64,000 nucleotides of DNA from an uncultured Bacillota bacterium. Its GTDB lineage: Bacteria > Bacillota_I > Bacilli_A > RF39 > UBA660. The notes beneath the pieces were generated by a model that saw only the letters and a program-made list of their open reading frames with translations, ran no database searches and had not been told where the DNA came from. The stretch is from positions 26,642-90,641 of the forward strand of contig CANATJ010000001.1 in the NCBI GenBank assembly GCA_947364595.1. Reading direction: 5' to 3'. The position numbers were made by a program, and so were the translations under genes. The stretch's first letter is position 1. Every line of letters begins with the position of its first letter. Positions 31,280 to 42,605 of this stretch are shown here, piece after piece.

Positions 31280-32227
31280 TCACCTTTCTAACAAATAAGA
31301 AAGAATATCAATTGACACCTTTAAAGTGTTATGTCTAATATAATTATTTTCAATCAAAACATAATCATTTTCAATTGTATCAATTTTCATATTATCTAAA
31401 CTATATTTATCAAAAATCACTAAATCTTTTTGCTCAGTAGTTTCATATTTTTTTACAAGTTGTTTACAAATATGACCTGTATTCACAACTACTGCATCAA
31501 CTTTTCTTTTACCCAAATATTTATTAATTAACTTAACATGATCTGTAACAGTAAAATCGTCTGTTTCTCCTGGCTGCGTTACAATATTACAAACATATAT
31601 TATTTTTGCCTTACTCTTATCTATTTCTCTTTTTACTTCTTTACAAATTAAATTAGGAATAATACTAGTAAATAAACTTCCCATACTAAGAATAATAGCA
31701 TCAGCTTCTTTTATAGATTCTAAAACATCTGGATTTATTTTTGGCGTTTGTTTATAATAAACGCTTTTAATTTTATCTTTACATTGAGTAATATTATGTT
31801 CACCAGATACAACCTTTCCAGAAGTCATCTTTCCCATCAAAGTCACATTATCCTCAGTAAGTGGAATAACCTTACCTTTTAAATTCAAAAGTGAATTAAC
31901 AAGTTCAATTCCATCTGACATATTTCCTTTAATATCATTAGCACCTGTAAGTAATAAATTACCAAGTGCATGACCATCTAAATCACTAGAAGTATTAAAG
32001 CGATAATCAAATAAAGACCTTACCTCTTCCTCATTTTCTGATAAACTAATTAACACTTTTCTAATATCTCCAACAGCAGGAGTATTAAACTCTTTTCTAA
32101 GTCTACCAGTACTTGCACCATCATCACAAACAGAAACAATAGCTGATATATCAAAAGGTAATTTTTTAAGACCTCTAAGCAATGTACTCATTCCAGTACC
32201 GCCGCCAAGTACAGCCAACTTTTTCAT
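31280..32227 (-). CDS. yvcK: Gluconeogenesis factor YvcK (UPF0052/CofD-like)
   Basis: Start MKKLAVLGGGTGMSTLLRGLK with GGAAAGGAAA RBS. The track ORF is 6 codons longer. No rapZ/yvcJ between trxB and yvcK. Confidence 0.8.
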   Translation of the reverse strand: MKKLAVLGGGTGMSTLLRGLKKLPFDISAIVSVCDDGASTGRLRKEFNTPAVGDIRKVLISLSENEEEVRSLFDYRFNTSSDLDGHALGNLLLTGANDIKGNMSDGIELVNSLLNLKGKVIPLTEDNVTLMGKMTSGKVVSGEHNITQCKDKIKSVYYKQTPKINPDVLESIKEADAIILSMGSLFTSIIPNLICKEVKREIDKSKAKIIYVCNIVTQPGETDDFTVTDHVKLINKYLGKRKVDAVVVNTGHICKQLVKKYETTEQKDLVIFDKYSLDNMKIDTIENDYVLIENNYIRHNTLKVSIDILSYLLER

Positions 32228-32228
32228 A

Positions 32229-33110
32229 TTAATTTTCCTTTCCAATATTAAGTGCTGCTATAACACCATCATTAATAGCTGTAATAATTTGATAAAAATC
32301 TTTTATTACTACATCGCCAGCCGCATATATTCCTTTAATATTTGTCATCATATTTTTATCTGTTTTTATAAAACCGTTTTCTGTTTCAATTTTAAGATTA
32401 GAAATGAAATCCAAATTAGGCTTTCCACCAATAGCAATAAATAATCCTGAAACATCTATTACTCTATCATTATCTAAAACAACACCATCAATTTTATCAG
32501 AAACAATGATTTCTTTAACAGTAGAGCCTTTAATTAATATAATATTTTCTTTTTCTTTTACTTTGCTTTGTAAAATTTCATCAGCTCTAACTTTGTTTCT
32601 AACAATCACATAAACTTTATCACATAAATCTGATAAATAAAGAGCATCAGTAAAAGCTGTATTTCCCCCACCTATAACAGCTACATCTTTATCTTTATAA
32701 AAATTACCATCACATATAGCACAATAACTTATACCTTTTCCTATAAATTCATCCTCATTTTTTAAACCAAGCTTATTAGAAATTTTTCCAGTAGCAATGA
32801 TAACATTATCAGCTTCTATTTCCTTATTATCAAGCTTAACTAAAAATTTATCTTTTTTTATTATATCTTTTACTTGTCCATAAACAAAACGAACTCCTAA
32901 ATTTTTTAATTGATTAACCATCTTTAGTGATAAATCCGCACCATTAATATTTTCAAAGCCCAAATAATTTTCCAAATTATAAATTTTAAGCATTTCTCCT
33001 CCTGGAGAATTTTTATCTACAATTATAGGATCAATTCCTAATCTTTTCAAATATAAAGCCGCAGCCATACCTGCTGGTCCTGCACCAACAATAACACATG
33101 TCTTAGTCAT
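32229..33110 (-). CDS. trxB: Thioredoxin-disulfide reductase
   Basis: 293 aa. GAGPAG FAD motif. Redox CAICDG. Confidence 0.85.
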   Translation of the reverse strand: MTKTCVIVGAGPAGMAAALYLKRLGIDPIIVDKNSPGGEMLKIYNLENYLGFENINGADLSLKMVNQLKNLGVRFVYGQVKDIIKKDKFLVKLDNKEIEADNVIIATGKISNKLGLKNEDEFIGKGISYCAICDGNFYKDKDVAVIGGGNTAFTDALYLSDLCDKVYVIVRNKVRADEILQSKVKEKENIILIKGSTVKEIIVSDKIDGVVLDNDRVIDVSGLFIAIGGKPNLDFISNLKIETENGFIKTDKNMMTNIKGIYAAGDVVIKDFYQIITAINDGVIAALNIGKEN

Positions 33111-33895
33111 TATTTCACCTTCTTATATTTTTCATTTTTTTTACTATAAACAAATAAACAAATACCACTAACAACCATAAATAAAGATACAATTTGAGCT
33201 ATTTTAAAAGAAAAAAACATTAAACTATCAGTTCTAAATGATTCAATAAAAAACCTGCAAATACCATACCACACTAAATAAAAACTAGTTAAATATCCAA
33301 ATTTTGTAAAATTTTGTTTTCTTAAAATAAGCAAAATTATAAATCCAATAAAACACCATAAAGATTCATAAAAAAATGTTGGAATATAATAATTACCATT
33401 AATAAACATTCCCTTAATAATAAAATCTGGTAAATATAAATTCTTTAAAAAAGATAAAGTAGTTTGTGGCCCATGAGCTTCACCATTAAAAAAATTACCC
33501 CATCTACCAATTGCTTGAGCAATAATCAAACCTACAACAATAAAATCCAAAATTTTTATAATATTTATTTTATATTTACGACAATACCAATATATGAAAA
33601 TTAAAGCACCTATTATACCTCCGTGAATAGCAAGGCCCCCTTGCCATACTGCAAAAATTTCCATAACATGCATACTATAATAATCCAAATTAAATATCAC
33701 ATAATATATTCTAGCGCCTATTATTCCACAAATAATTGCATAAAACAATAAATTGGTCATAACATCTTCATCAATATCATGCCTTTTAGACTCTTTAATT
33801 GCTAAAAACGAACCGAATAAAATAGCTATGCAAAGCAATAAAGAATACCAATGTACTTCAAAAAATCCTAAATTAATTAGAGGATTCAAAGTTAT
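33110..33895 (-). CDS. lgt: Prolipoprotein diacylglyceryl transferase
   Basis: Lgt signature GRWGNFFNGE. Likely start MITLNPLINLGFFEVHWY (the track ORF is 16 codons longer). Confidence 0.8.
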   Translation of the reverse strand: MTLNPLINLGFFEVHWYSLLLCIAILFGSFLAIKESKRHDIDEDVMTNLLFYAIICGIIGARIYYVIFNLDYYSMHVMEIFAVWQGGLAIHGGIIGALIFIYWYCRKYKINIIKILDFIVVGLIIAQAIGRWGNFFNGEAHGPQTTLSFLKNLYLPDFIIKGMFINGNYYIPTFFYESLWCFIGFIILLILRKQNFTKFGYLTSFYLVWYGICRFFIESFRTDSLMFFSFKIAQIVSLFMVVSGICLFVYSKKNEKYKKVK

Positions 33896-34310
33896 CATCC
33901 TTTCTCTTTCTTGATTTAAAAATAACTTCATCAAACAGTACATTCATACATGAAATTAAAATCGAAGCAAAAACAGCATACCAAATTCCATATATTTTAA
34001 AATGTCCAGCTAAAAGCACACTTGCTAATTTCAAAATAATTAAATTGATAAATGGATAAAATAAGCCTAAAGTCATTCCTGTAATTGGAATAGTAAGCCA
34101 AACTAAAAAAGGTTTAATTGTTCTATTTAATAAATCAATCAAAATAGATACTAGAAATGGCCATATATAGAAACAAGAATTATCAATATATAAAGTTTTT
34201 TTAAATAAAAAATCAGTAAATATTAATATCAAACTATATACAATTATTTTAATAAACCAATCAAATATTTTAGAAATTAAACTTTTACTATTCTTTTCCA
34301 TAAATTTCAC
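33873..34310 (-). CDS. Small 4-TM membrane protein (DUF360 / phage-holin-4-like, YvlD-type)
   Basis: 145 aa, hydrophobic, immediately upstream of lgt. Family assignment tentative. Confidence 0.3.
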   Translation of the reverse strand: MKFMEKNSKSLISKIFDWFIKIIVYSLILIFTDFLFKKTLYIDNSCFYIWPFLVSILIDLLNRTIKPFLVWLTIPITGMTLGLFYPFINLIILKLASVLLAGHFKIYGIWYAVFASILISCMNVLFDEVIFKSRKRKDDNFESSN

Positions 34311-34379
34311 CTATTTCATTATACCATATTCAAGAAAAAATATTAAGTTTACTAAAAGAAATCACAAAACAGTGACTTC

Positions 34380-36332
34380 TTATTCGCTTTTCATTTCAAA
34401 TAAAATATCTCTAAGCTCCATCGCTCTTTCAAAGTCAAGATCTTTAGCAGCTTGTTTCATTTCATTTTCAATATTAATCATTAAATTAATTTTTTCTTTT
34501 TTAGAAAGTTTTTCTACCTTTTCTTCTTTAATATCTTGATTATTAGAAATTACATCACGTATTTCTTTAACAATAGTTTTTGGAACTATTCCATGCTCTT
34601 TATTATATTTTTCTTGAATACTTCTTCTTCTATTAGTTTCTTTAATTGCTACATCCATAGCTGAACTTATTTCATCAGCATACATAATAACTCTACCTTC
34701 TGAATTTCTCGCTGCTCTTCCAATAGTTTGAATTAAACTTCTTTCACTACGTAAGAAACCTTGTTTATCAGCATCCATAATTGCAATCAAACTAACCTCT
34801 GGTATATCAATACCTTCTCTAAGTAAATTGATACCAACAACAACGTCATACTTACCTAATCTCAAATCACGAATAATTCTAAGTCTTTCAAGAGTTTTAA
34901 TTTCATTATGTAAATAAGCTACTTTAATATCTAGTTTTTTCAAATACATTGTAAGTTCTTCAGCCATTCTGATGGTCAAAGTTGTAATTAAAGTTCTTTC
35001 GTTTTTATCAATCTGTTTATGAATTTGATTAACCAAATCATCAATTTGATTTTTTGTGGATTTAACTTCAATAATAGGATCTAAAAGTCCAGTAGGCCTA
35101 ATAATTTGTTCAACAACATTATTACTTTTTTCTTTTTCATAATCACCTGGTGTTGCAGAAACATAAATAACATTATCAAGTTTTTGTTCAAATTCTTCAA
35201 ACTTAAGTGGCCTATTATCCATCGCACTAGGAAGTCTAAATCCATAATCTACTAAAGCTTTTTTTCTTATTTGATCACCATTATACATAGCTTTAACTTG
35301 AGGTATTGTAACATGTGATTCATCAATAAACATTAAAAAATCATCACCAAAAAAATCAATCAATGTAGTTGGAGTTTCACCTGGACCTTTTAAAGCAATA
35401 TGTCTAGAATAATTTTCAACTCCTCTACAAAAACCAGTTTCTGAAAGCATTTCAATATCATAATTTGTTCTTTCTTTTAGTCTTTGATGTTCAAGCAATT
35501 TATTTTCATTTTGAAATTTATCCAATTGCATAGCTAACTCTTTTTTTATATTTTCAATAGCAAGTTTTAATTTATCTTCGCTAGTAACAAAATGACTAGC
35601 AGGGAAAATAGTAAATGTTTTTTTTGAAGAAATTAAAGCTCCTGTTACTAAATCAAACTCACTTATTCTATCAATTTCATCACCAAAAAATTCAACTCTT
35701 ATACCTTTAGCGTGCTGAGAAATAGGAATAATTTCTAAAACATCTCCTCTAACTCTAAATGTTCCTCTTTTTAAATCAATATTATTTCTCTCATAAAGCA
35801 TATCAATTAATTTTTCGATGATTTTATCTCTATCAACCTTATCACCAACACCTAAAAATAAAACTTTATCACGGTAATCAGCAATCTCACCAATACCATA
35901 AATACAAGAAACAGATGCAATAACAATAACATCCTTTCTAGCTAATAATGAAGCAGTTGCTGAATGACGAAGTTCATCAATCTCATCATTAATAGAAGCA
36001 TCTTTTTCAATATAAGTATCCGTTTTAGCTACATAAGCTTCTGGTTGATAATAATCATAATATGAAACAAAATATTCCACAGCATTATTTGGAAAAAGTT
36101 CTTTAAATTCAGAATATAATTGTCCGGCAAGTGTCTTATTATGCGCTAAAACTAAAGTAGGTTTATTAATCTTTGCAATTACATTTGCCATAGTAAACGT
36201 TTTTCCACTACCAGTAACACCAAGTAATATTTGATTTTTATCACCATTTTTAATGCCATCGACTAAATTATCAATAGCTTGTGGTTGATCACCACTTGGT
36301 TTATAATTAGAAACTAGCTCAAACATATTCAC
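34380..36332 (-). CDS. uvrB: Excinuclease ABC subunit B
   Basis: 650 aa. Helicase motifs GVTGSGKT and DESH. C-terminal UVR domain. No adjacent uvrA. Confidence 0.9.
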   Translation of the reverse strand: MNMFELVSNYKPSGDQPQAIDNLVDGIKNGDKNQILLGVTGSGKTFTMANVIAKINKPTLVLAHNKTLAGQLYSEFKELFPNNAVEYFVSYYDYYQPEAYVAKTDTYIEKDASINDEIDELRHSATASLLARKDVIVIASVSCIYGIGEIADYRDKVLFLGVGDKVDRDKIIEKLIDMLYERNNIDLKRGTFRVRGDVLEIIPISQHAKGIRVEFFGDEIDRISEFDLVTGALISSKKTFTIFPASHFVTSEDKLKLAIENIKKELAMQLDKFQNENKLLEHQRLKERTNYDIEMLSETGFCRGVENYSRHIALKGPGETPTTLIDFFGDDFLMFIDESHVTIPQVKAMYNGDQIRKKALVDYGFRLPSAMDNRPLKFEEFEQKLDNVIYVSATPGDYEKEKSNNVVEQIIRPTGLLDPIIEVKSTKNQIDDLVNQIHKQIDKNERTLITTLTIRMAEELTMYLKKLDIKVAYLHNEIKTLERLRIIRDLRLGKYDVVVGINLLREGIDIPEVSLIAIMDADKQGFLRSERSLIQTIGRAARNSEGRVIMYADEISSAMDVAIKETNRRRSIQEKYNKEHGIVPKTIVKEIRDVISNNQDIKEEKVEKLSKKEKINLMINIENEMKQAAKDLDFERAMELRDILFEMKSE

Positions 36333-36537
36333 ACCTCCACTTAAAAATATTAGATAAAATTACTATCCAATTTTACCATTTTTATTATTTAAAAACAAGA
36401 TAACTATTAATTTATAATCTTTTAATTATTTAAAATAGTTTTACCTTTTTAATAATTTATTATTTCCAATAAAACAGTTATTCATACTAAATATTATATA
36501 AAAAAAGACTGTTAATACAGTCCATATAATAAATTTA

Positions 36538-37353
36538 TTATTCAATAGTAATCAATTCATATTCACGATTTCCAAATCCAAGATCTGCTGAAGCCTCAAT
36601 AGTGTGAATACCATGTAATGATTCAATTCTTGCAATTAACTTCTCTTTTCCAGGATCTTTTGAATTATATACAAGATCTAAACAAGCTTGATCTATAGCT
36701 ATTGGATCTAAACTTGCTAAAATACCTATATCATTCATACAAGGAGCTGAGGCATTACCATCACAATCACAATCTATTGAAATATTTTTCATAACATTTA
36801 TAAATGCCATATTTCCTTTAAAATAATTTACTACACTAGAAGCAGCATCTGCCATTGATTCTAAAAATCTATCTTGCTTTGGCAAATTATTCCATAGTTC
36901 AACTTGATCATCAGTTACACCAGCAGTATGAATTAATGACTTTCCAGCACTAGAAGCTACACCAATAGATAATTGTTTTAATGCGCCACCATATCCACCC
37001 ATAGCATGACCTTTAAAGTGAGATAACACCAACATAGAATCATAGTTAGCTAAATTTTTACCAACATAATTTTTCTTTAATATTTTACCATTAGGTATAT
37101 TAAGTACCATATCTGGGCCTTCAGCATCCATTAAGTCAAACGGAAAATATTTGTCCCATTCATGTTCTTTAATCAAAGCTTGATGTTTTTCAGTATAATT
37201 TCTTGCACCAGCATAAGCTGTATTACATTCAACAACAGTACCATTTACATGATTAATAACATCTTTTACAAATTCTGCTCTTAAATAATTCTTATTTCCT
37301 TTTTCTCCAGAATGCATTTTTACAGCAACTTTTCCTTCTAATTTTTTACCCAA
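36538..37353 (-). CDS. DUF362-domain protein
   Basis: 271 aa. Blocks NIPNGKIL ... SHFKGHAMGGYGGALKQLSIG and IDCDCDGNASAP align with the DUF362 pattern (NLPKLKTH ... G ... KN ... G / MDG ... GNGP). Confidence 0.45.
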   Translation of the reverse strand: MGKKLEGKVAVKMHSGEKGNKNYLRAEFVKDVINHVNGTVVECNTAYAGARNYTEKHQALIKEHEWDKYFPFDLMDAEGPDMVLNIPNGKILKKNYVGKNLANYDSMLVLSHFKGHAMGGYGGALKQLSIGVASSAGKSLIHTAGVTDDQVELWNNLPKQDRFLESMADAASSVVNYFKGNMAFINVMKNISIDCDCDGNASAPCMNDIGILASLDPIAIDQACLDLVYNSKDPGKEKLIARIESLHGIHTIEASADLGFGNREYELITIE

Positions 37354-37524
37354 TGCTTAATAAATTTTAATAATATTTTCTGGAGTTATATTCTTAATAA
37401 AATATACTTTGAATTTTTCCATTAATATCACCAAATTCCTTTCAATATAAATTATATCATGTATAATGGTTTTTTTATATAATAAAGCCCCTGAAAATCA
37501 AGGGCTTATTTCAAAACTAAAATT

Positions 37525-38367
37525 TTAATTAAGAGCAACGGTGCAATCGTCATCCTTAAAACCATAACCTCCGACTCTTGTAATTTCACTAAACTTAGTA
37601 CCTTCATAAGTAACTTTATATATTGAACCTCTATATCCATTAACACATACGTCGCCTGCTGTCATATAACTTACAAATGTGAATTCACCATCTGCAATAT
37701 TTATACTACCATCATTACGTAGTATATCATTTGCTGTTATAATTGCATTAGATTTTGACGAAATAGGGTCTATAATAACGCTTTGTTTTAACTTATCTTC
37801 TAAATTATAAACTTCTTTTCCCATCTTATCAAAAGCTAAAATATTAACATATCCTGTCGTATCGCTTCCACTATCTATATGAGCAAACAGCATGTTATCA
37901 TGAATTGACAATGTTGCCCAACCAAAGAAACCAGCCAAACTGCAAACCTTTTTACCATTTAAATATAAACCAGTTAAAGGTAAAAACTGCTCAGCTTTAT
38001 CATTATAAATATCCTCATATATTACTATTTGAATATTTTGCTCTATTCCATCTATTTTTACATTGTTAACTATATATTTAGTTAGTTTATCCTGACATTG
38101 TTCTATATTATTACCCCTTAAATTATTAACTTCATCTATTGTTGTATTATATGTACATGCTGCTTCTGTTTCAGGTACTGCACTAAGATCCCATTTAGGT
38201 TGTTGTTCTTTTTTTTCTATTTTAACTTTTTTCTTTTCCGTTTTAATTGGCTCATCTACTTTATTATCTAATACTTTTTCATATACAATATATCCACCTA
38301 AAACAAGTACTAATAATACTAAAATAATCATTAATATTTTATTTTTTTTATTTCTTTTTTCTTCCAT
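37525..38367 (-). CDS. Membrane-anchored Lys-rich extracytoplasmic protein of unknown function
   Basis: 280 aa. N-terminal TM (ILMIILVLLVLVLGGYIVY). Lys-rich linker. No recognisable domain. Confidence 0.4.
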   Translation of the reverse strand: MEEKRNKKNKILMIILVLLVLVLGGYIVYEKVLDNKVDEPIKTEKKKVKIEKKEQQPKWDLSAVPETEAACTYNTTIDEVNNLRGNNIEQCQDKLTKYIVNNVKIDGIEQNIQIVIYEDIYNDKAEQFLPLTGLYLNGKKVCSLAGFFGWATLSIHDNMLFAHIDSGSDTTGYVNILAFDKMGKEVYNLEDKLKQSVIIDPISSKSNAIITANDILRNDGSINIADGEFTFVSYMTAGDVCVNGYRGSIYKVTYEGTKFSEITRVGGYGFKDDDCTVALN

Positions 38368-38403
38368 TTAAGCTCCTCCTATTTTATAACATCATTTTAT
38401 CTC

Positions 38404-38420
38404 AAAAAAAAAAAAAAAAA
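38404..38420. repeat. A17/T17 homopolymer tract ~37 nt upstream of the start codon of the 37525-38367 gene
   Basis: 17 consecutive A on the plus strand (T on the coding strand) between a promoter-like AT-rich segment and the GGAGG RBS. Confidence 0.9.
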
Positions 38421-38515
38421 CAAGTAATTTTTTTGAAAGATAATTTTTTTACATAAAACTTTACAAAAAAATTACTTAAAAAATATTTATTAAGAAAAAA
38501 ATATATTAAAAATTA

Positions 38516-39259
38516 TTAATAATTTTCAATATATAAAGCTTTTGCTAAATAAGGAATAATTTCCGAAGATTTATACCATCCAGAAGATTTTTCATTATTT
38601 TTAAGACCATTTGGATTAGACACATAAATCATATCACCATCAGTAGCAAGCAAAACCATATAATGAGAAGTAGTTGTCCATCTATTTTCTCCTTTATCCG
38701 CCCAAACACATATCAAAATAGGTCTATTAGATTTTAAATGATTTATTATACTTTTTTTAGACAAATGAACAACATCATAATAAAAATCAGAATTTTTAAG
38801 ACCAAAACTATCCCTAAGTTCACTACTAATATCTTCTGCTCTTAAAACAGGACTATACATTTTTCTTAAAGCTTCTGGTGTATAATGTTTACCATACCCA
38901 CTTAAAATAATAGACATAGAAGTAATACCACAACCATTTTCCTCCATTGTACCACCCCAATATTTATTATTTTTCCATGAAGCATCACCATTTTGTTTAT
39001 ACTCTCTATAAATTTTCAAATTCTCTTTTCCAGTTGTAAATGTCTCAAAATATCCATCATATCCATCAACATATTTCTTCCCTTCACCAGAATAATTTTT
39101 GTTCTTATCTAATTTTACAATATCATATTTAGAATCTCCTACTAAACCTTTAAAGTTTTGAATACAGTTTAAAATATTATCTTTATTAATTAAAATAATA
39201 CCTGTAATAAAAATTAAAACACATAAAAAATACTTAATATTTACTTTTCTTTTTTTCAT
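38516..39259 (-). CDS. Membrane-anchored papain-like cysteine peptidase (Peptidase_C39-like fold)
   Basis: 247 aa. N-terminal TM. Cys in ENGCGITSMS, His in TTSHYMVLL, and a later Asn/Asp (MIYVSNPNG) give the Cys-His-Asn order. Confidence 0.4.
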   Translation of the reverse strand: MKKRKVNIKYFLCVLIFITGIILINKDNILNCIQNFKGLVGDSKYDIVKLDKNKNYSGEGKKYVDGYDGYFETFTTGKENLKIYREYKQNGDASWKNNKYWGGTMEENGCGITSMSIILSGYGKHYTPEALRKMYSPVLRAEDISSELRDSFGLKNSDFYYDVVHLSKKSIINHLKSNRPILICVWADKGENRWTTTSHYMVLLATDGDMIYVSNPNGLKNNEKSSGWYKSSEIIPYLAKALYIENY

Positions 39260-39411
39260 ATTATACTTCCTTTCTAAAATACATTATAAAAAAAGAAAAA
39301 TAAAAATGTTTTAAAATTTAATAAATAAATTCTTAATTTTTTCTTAAATTTATTTAAAAAATAAAAGTAATTGGAAAACAATGATATAATTTAAAAAGAA
39401 AGAGGAAAAAT

Positions 39412-40089
39412 ATGAACATATTAGTATTAGATGATGAAAAAGAAATTGCTGATTTAGTAGAATTATACTTAAAAAATGATGGTTTTAATGTTTTTACGTG
39501 CTACAGTTCTAAAGATGCTCTAAATATTATAAAAAAAGCAAAATTAGATTTAGCTATTTTAGATGTTATGGTAGATAAAACAAACGGTTTTGATATTTTA
39601 AAAGAAATAAGAAATCAAAATCTTAATTTTCCTGTAATTATGTTAACAGCAAAAATAAACGATCAAGACAAAATTAAAGGATTAACACTAGGAGCAGACG
39701 ACTATATAACAAAACCATTTAACCCACTAGAACTATTAGCAAGAGTTAAAGCTATTTTCAGAAGATATAATAAATATAATAATCAAAATTCTAATATAAT
39801 CGAAATAAATGGACTTGTTATTGATAAAAATTCACATTTATGTACGTTATATAATAAAAAAATAGATTTAACACCAATTGAATTTTCTATTGTTTATTAT
39901 CTAGCCAAAAATCAAGGAAAAGTAATTAGTTCTGAAGAGTTATTCGAAAATGTATGGAAAGACAAATATTTAGATAATAATAATACTGTTATGGTACACA
40001 TTAGAAGAATTAGAGAAAAATTTGGTGATAAAGAAACCAAAATAATAAAAACAGTATGGGGAGTAGGTTATAAAATTGAAAAACAATGA
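39412..40089 (+). CDS. OmpR-family two-component response regulator
   Basis: REC domain (DD ... D51 ... K) plus winged-helix Trans_reg_C. Extended -10 TGATATAAT upstream. Confidence 0.85.
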   Translation: MNILVLDDEKEIADLVELYLKNDGFNVFTCYSSKDALNIIKKAKLDLAILDVMVDKTNGFDILKEIRNQNLNFPVIMLTAKINDQDKIKGLTLGADDYITKPFNPLELLARVKAIFRRYNKYNNQNSNIIEINGLVIDKNSHLCTLYNKKIDLTPIEFSIVYYLAKNQGKVISSEELFENVWKDKYLDNNNTVMVHIRRIREKFGDKETKIIKTVWGVGYKIEKQ

Positions 40090-41164
40090 ATTAAATAGTT
40101 TAAAAAGTAAACTAGCAATTAACGCAATTATAAAAATAATCATAATATCAATTATAAGTATTATTATAATAAACATTTGTATAGATGGAATTTTTAACGA
40201 TTATTTTGCAAATATAATAAATAATAATAGTCATATTATATATATTTTACTCGTACAAAATAAAACTATTATTATGGCAATTATCTATTTTATAACCATA
40301 ATAATAATCACTTATTTTGTTATCAAAAAATTAAACAACAATTTAATTGAAATAATAATAAATGTTAATAATATCTTAAATAATCCTGATAAAGACATAC
40401 TACTATCTAACGATTTAGGATTGCTTCAAAACAATTTAAATAAAATTAGATTAGATTTAATAAAAAATCGTAACAAAGCCAAAGAAGAAGAAAATAAAAA
40501 AAACGATTTAATAATGTACATGGCTCACGATCTAAAAACACCTTTAACATCAGTTATTGGATATTTAACACTGTTAAAAGAAGAAAAAAACATCACCAAA
40601 AAACTTCAAAATAAATATATAAAAATAGCATTAGATAAATCATTAAGAGTAGAAGAATTAACAAATCAATTTTTTGAAATAACTAGATATAATTTACACG
40701 AAATGACTTTAAATAAAAACAATATAGATTTAGCATTATTATTTGATCAACTTATAGAAGAAGTTTACCCAATGTTACAAGATAAAAACTTAAAAATTAA
40801 AATAAACAAAAAAAATCAGCTTCCATTTAACGCAGACGGAAGCCTTTTAGCTAGAGCTTTTAATAATATTATAAAAAATGCAATTAACTATAGTAAAGAA
40901 AATACAACAATAGAAATAGACATTAAAGAATTTGAAAAAAGTTATAAAATCACATTTAAAAATAAAGGTGATAAAATTCCTAAATATAAATTAGATAAAA
41001 TTTTTGATAAATTTTATCGTATTGATGATTCTAGAACATCAAAAACTGGTGGTGCTGGTTTAGGATTATCAATCACTAAAGATATTATAAATTTACATGG
41101 TGGATCAATAAACGTTAAAAACGATGATGAATTTATAAAATTTATTATAAGATTATATAAATAA
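40076..41164 (+). CDS. Two-component sensor histidine kinase (two N-terminal TM helices)
   Basis: H-box MAHDLKTPLTSVIGY. HATPase G-boxes GGAGLGLSI. Overlaps the RR gene by 14 nt. Confidence 0.85.
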   Translation: MKNNELNSLKSKLAINAIIKIIIISIISIIIINICIDGIFNDYFANIINNNSHIIYILLVQNKTIIMAIIYFITIIIITYFVIKKLNNNLIEIIINVNNILNNPDKDILLSNDLGLLQNNLNKIRLDLIKNRNKAKEEENKKNDLIMYMAHDLKTPLTSVIGYLTLLKEEKNITKKLQNKYIKIALDKSLRVEELTNQFFEITRYNLHEMTLNKNNIDLALLFDQLIEEVYPMLQDKNLKIKINKKNQLPFNADGSLLARAFNNIIKNAINYSKENTTIEIDIKEFEKSYKITFKNKGDKIPKYKLDKIFDKFYRIDDSRTSKTGGAGLGLSITKDIINLHGGSINVKNDDEFIKFIIRLYK

Positions 41165-41187
41165 AGGAGAATAAAATCTCCTTTTTA
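41163..41187. terminator. Bidirectional terminator between the convergent kinase gene and dapL
   Basis: aaaggaga-ataaaat-ctccttttt. Confidence 0.6.
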
Positions 41188-42417
41188 TACTATCCTCTTT
41201 TCCTTCCATTTTTTTATTCTATCTATAGCTTTAATAGTATCTTCACGACTTCCAAAAGCCGTTAATCTAAAATATCCTTCCCCATTCGGACCAAAACCAC
41301 TTCCTGGAGTTCCAACAATATTAACCTTTTCTAGTAATTCATCAAAAAATTCCCATGAAGTCATATTTCCATTTATCTTTAACCAAATATAAGGTGAATT
41401 AATTCCACCATAAATTTCAAAACCAGCTGCTTTTAATCCATCACTTATAATTCTAGCATTTTCCTGATAATAATTAATGTTCTTTCTAATTTGTTTTTGC
41501 CCTTCTTCAGAATAAATAGCCTCGGCTGCTCTTTGTGTAACATAAGATACACCATTAAATTTAGTACATTGTCTGCGATGCCATAATTTATTTAAAGATA
41601 CACCATTCACTTTTAATTCCTTAGGAACAATTGTATAAGCACACCTTATTCCAGTAAATCCTGCAGTTTTTGAAAAACTACGAAATTCAATAGCTACGTC
41701 TTTAGCACCTTCAATTTCATAAATACTGTGAGGTACATTATCTTCAGTAATAAAAGCTTCATATGCCGCATCAAACAAAATAATAGAATTATTTTTTCTA
41801 GCATAATTAACCCATTCAGATAATTGCTTTTTTGTTAAAACAGTTCCTGTTGGATTATTTGGAAAACATAAATAAATCAAATCTACTTTTTCATTTAGTA
41901 AATCTGGGACAAAATTATTACTAGATGTAACAGGCATATAGACAACATTTTCATATTTACCAGTTAAAGAATTATACTGCCCTGCTCTTCCTGCCATAAC
42001 ATTAGAATCTAAATAAACTGGATAAACAGGATCAGTAATAGCTATTTTATTTGAAATATCAAAAAGTTCCTGAATATTACCAGTATCACATTTAGCTCCA
42101 TCTGAAACAAATACTTCATCCTTATCTAAATTAACACCATATTTAGCATAATCAAAACTAACTATTTTTTCCCTTAAAAAATCATATCCTTGTTCTGGAC
42201 CATAACCTTTAAATCCTTCTTTTGTCGATAATTCTAAAATTGCCTTATTCATTGCTTTTATACACGCCTGTGGTAAAGGACAAGTAACATCCCCTATTCC
42301 TAAACGAATAATCTCCTTATCCGGATTTTTCCTTTGATAATCTTGAACCTTTTTAGAAATCGTCGAAAACAAATAATTATCTTGTAACTTTAAAAAATTT
42401 TCATTTATTTTTACCAT
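41185..42417 (-). CDS. dapL: LL-diaminopimelate aminotransferase (DapL-type, PLP fold type I)
   Basis: 410 aa. N-terminus [18 protein letters not shown] is typical of Dap[14 protein letters not shown]-lysine region. Adjacent to the asd-lysC-dapAB cluster. Confidence 0.65.
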   Translation of the reverse strand: MVKINENFLKLQDNYLFSTISKKVQDYQRKNPDKEIIRLGIGDVTCPLPQACIKAMNKAILELSTKEGFKGYGPEQGYDFLREKIVSFDYAKYGVNLDKDEVFVSDGAKCDTGNIQELFDISNKIAITDPVYPVYLDSNVMAGRAGQYNSLTGKYENVVYMPVTSSNNFVPDLLNEKVDLIYLCFPNNPTGTVLTKKQLSEWVNYARKNNSIILFDAAYEAFITEDNVPHSIYEIEGAKDVAIEFRSFSKTAGFTGIRCAYTIVPKELKVNGVSLNKLWHRRQCTKFNGVSYVTQRAAEAIYSEEGQKQIRKNINYYQENARIISDGLKAAGFEIYGGINSPYIWLKINGNMTSWEFFDELLEKVNIVGTPGSGFGPNGEGYFRLTAFGSREDTIKAIDRIKKWKEKRIV

Positions 42418-42605
42418 TTAATCTTCTCCTTCAATATAAAATATGAATTATAAATAAAATCAAAACAAAAACTTATACACTTTTAGAACTTTTCCACAGT
42501 ATAAACTATTTTTTTATCTAAAAAACAAGTATTTTGTATAATTTTGAATATTAATATTAGTATTTATATTATTTATTTAAAATATAATTAATAAGGAGGA
42601 AAAGA

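Noticed and set aside
36333-36537. Looked for a Firmicute LexA (Cheo) box GAAC-N4-GTTC upstream of uvrB
   Set aside because: No match seen by eye in the uvrB upstream region. A PWM scan would be needed to exclude a degenerate site.
42418-42605. Possible lysine (L-box) riboswitch upstream of asd-lysC
   Set aside because: The spacer is almost pure A/T with none of the conserved G-rich helices. Cannot be confirmed without a covariance-model scan.
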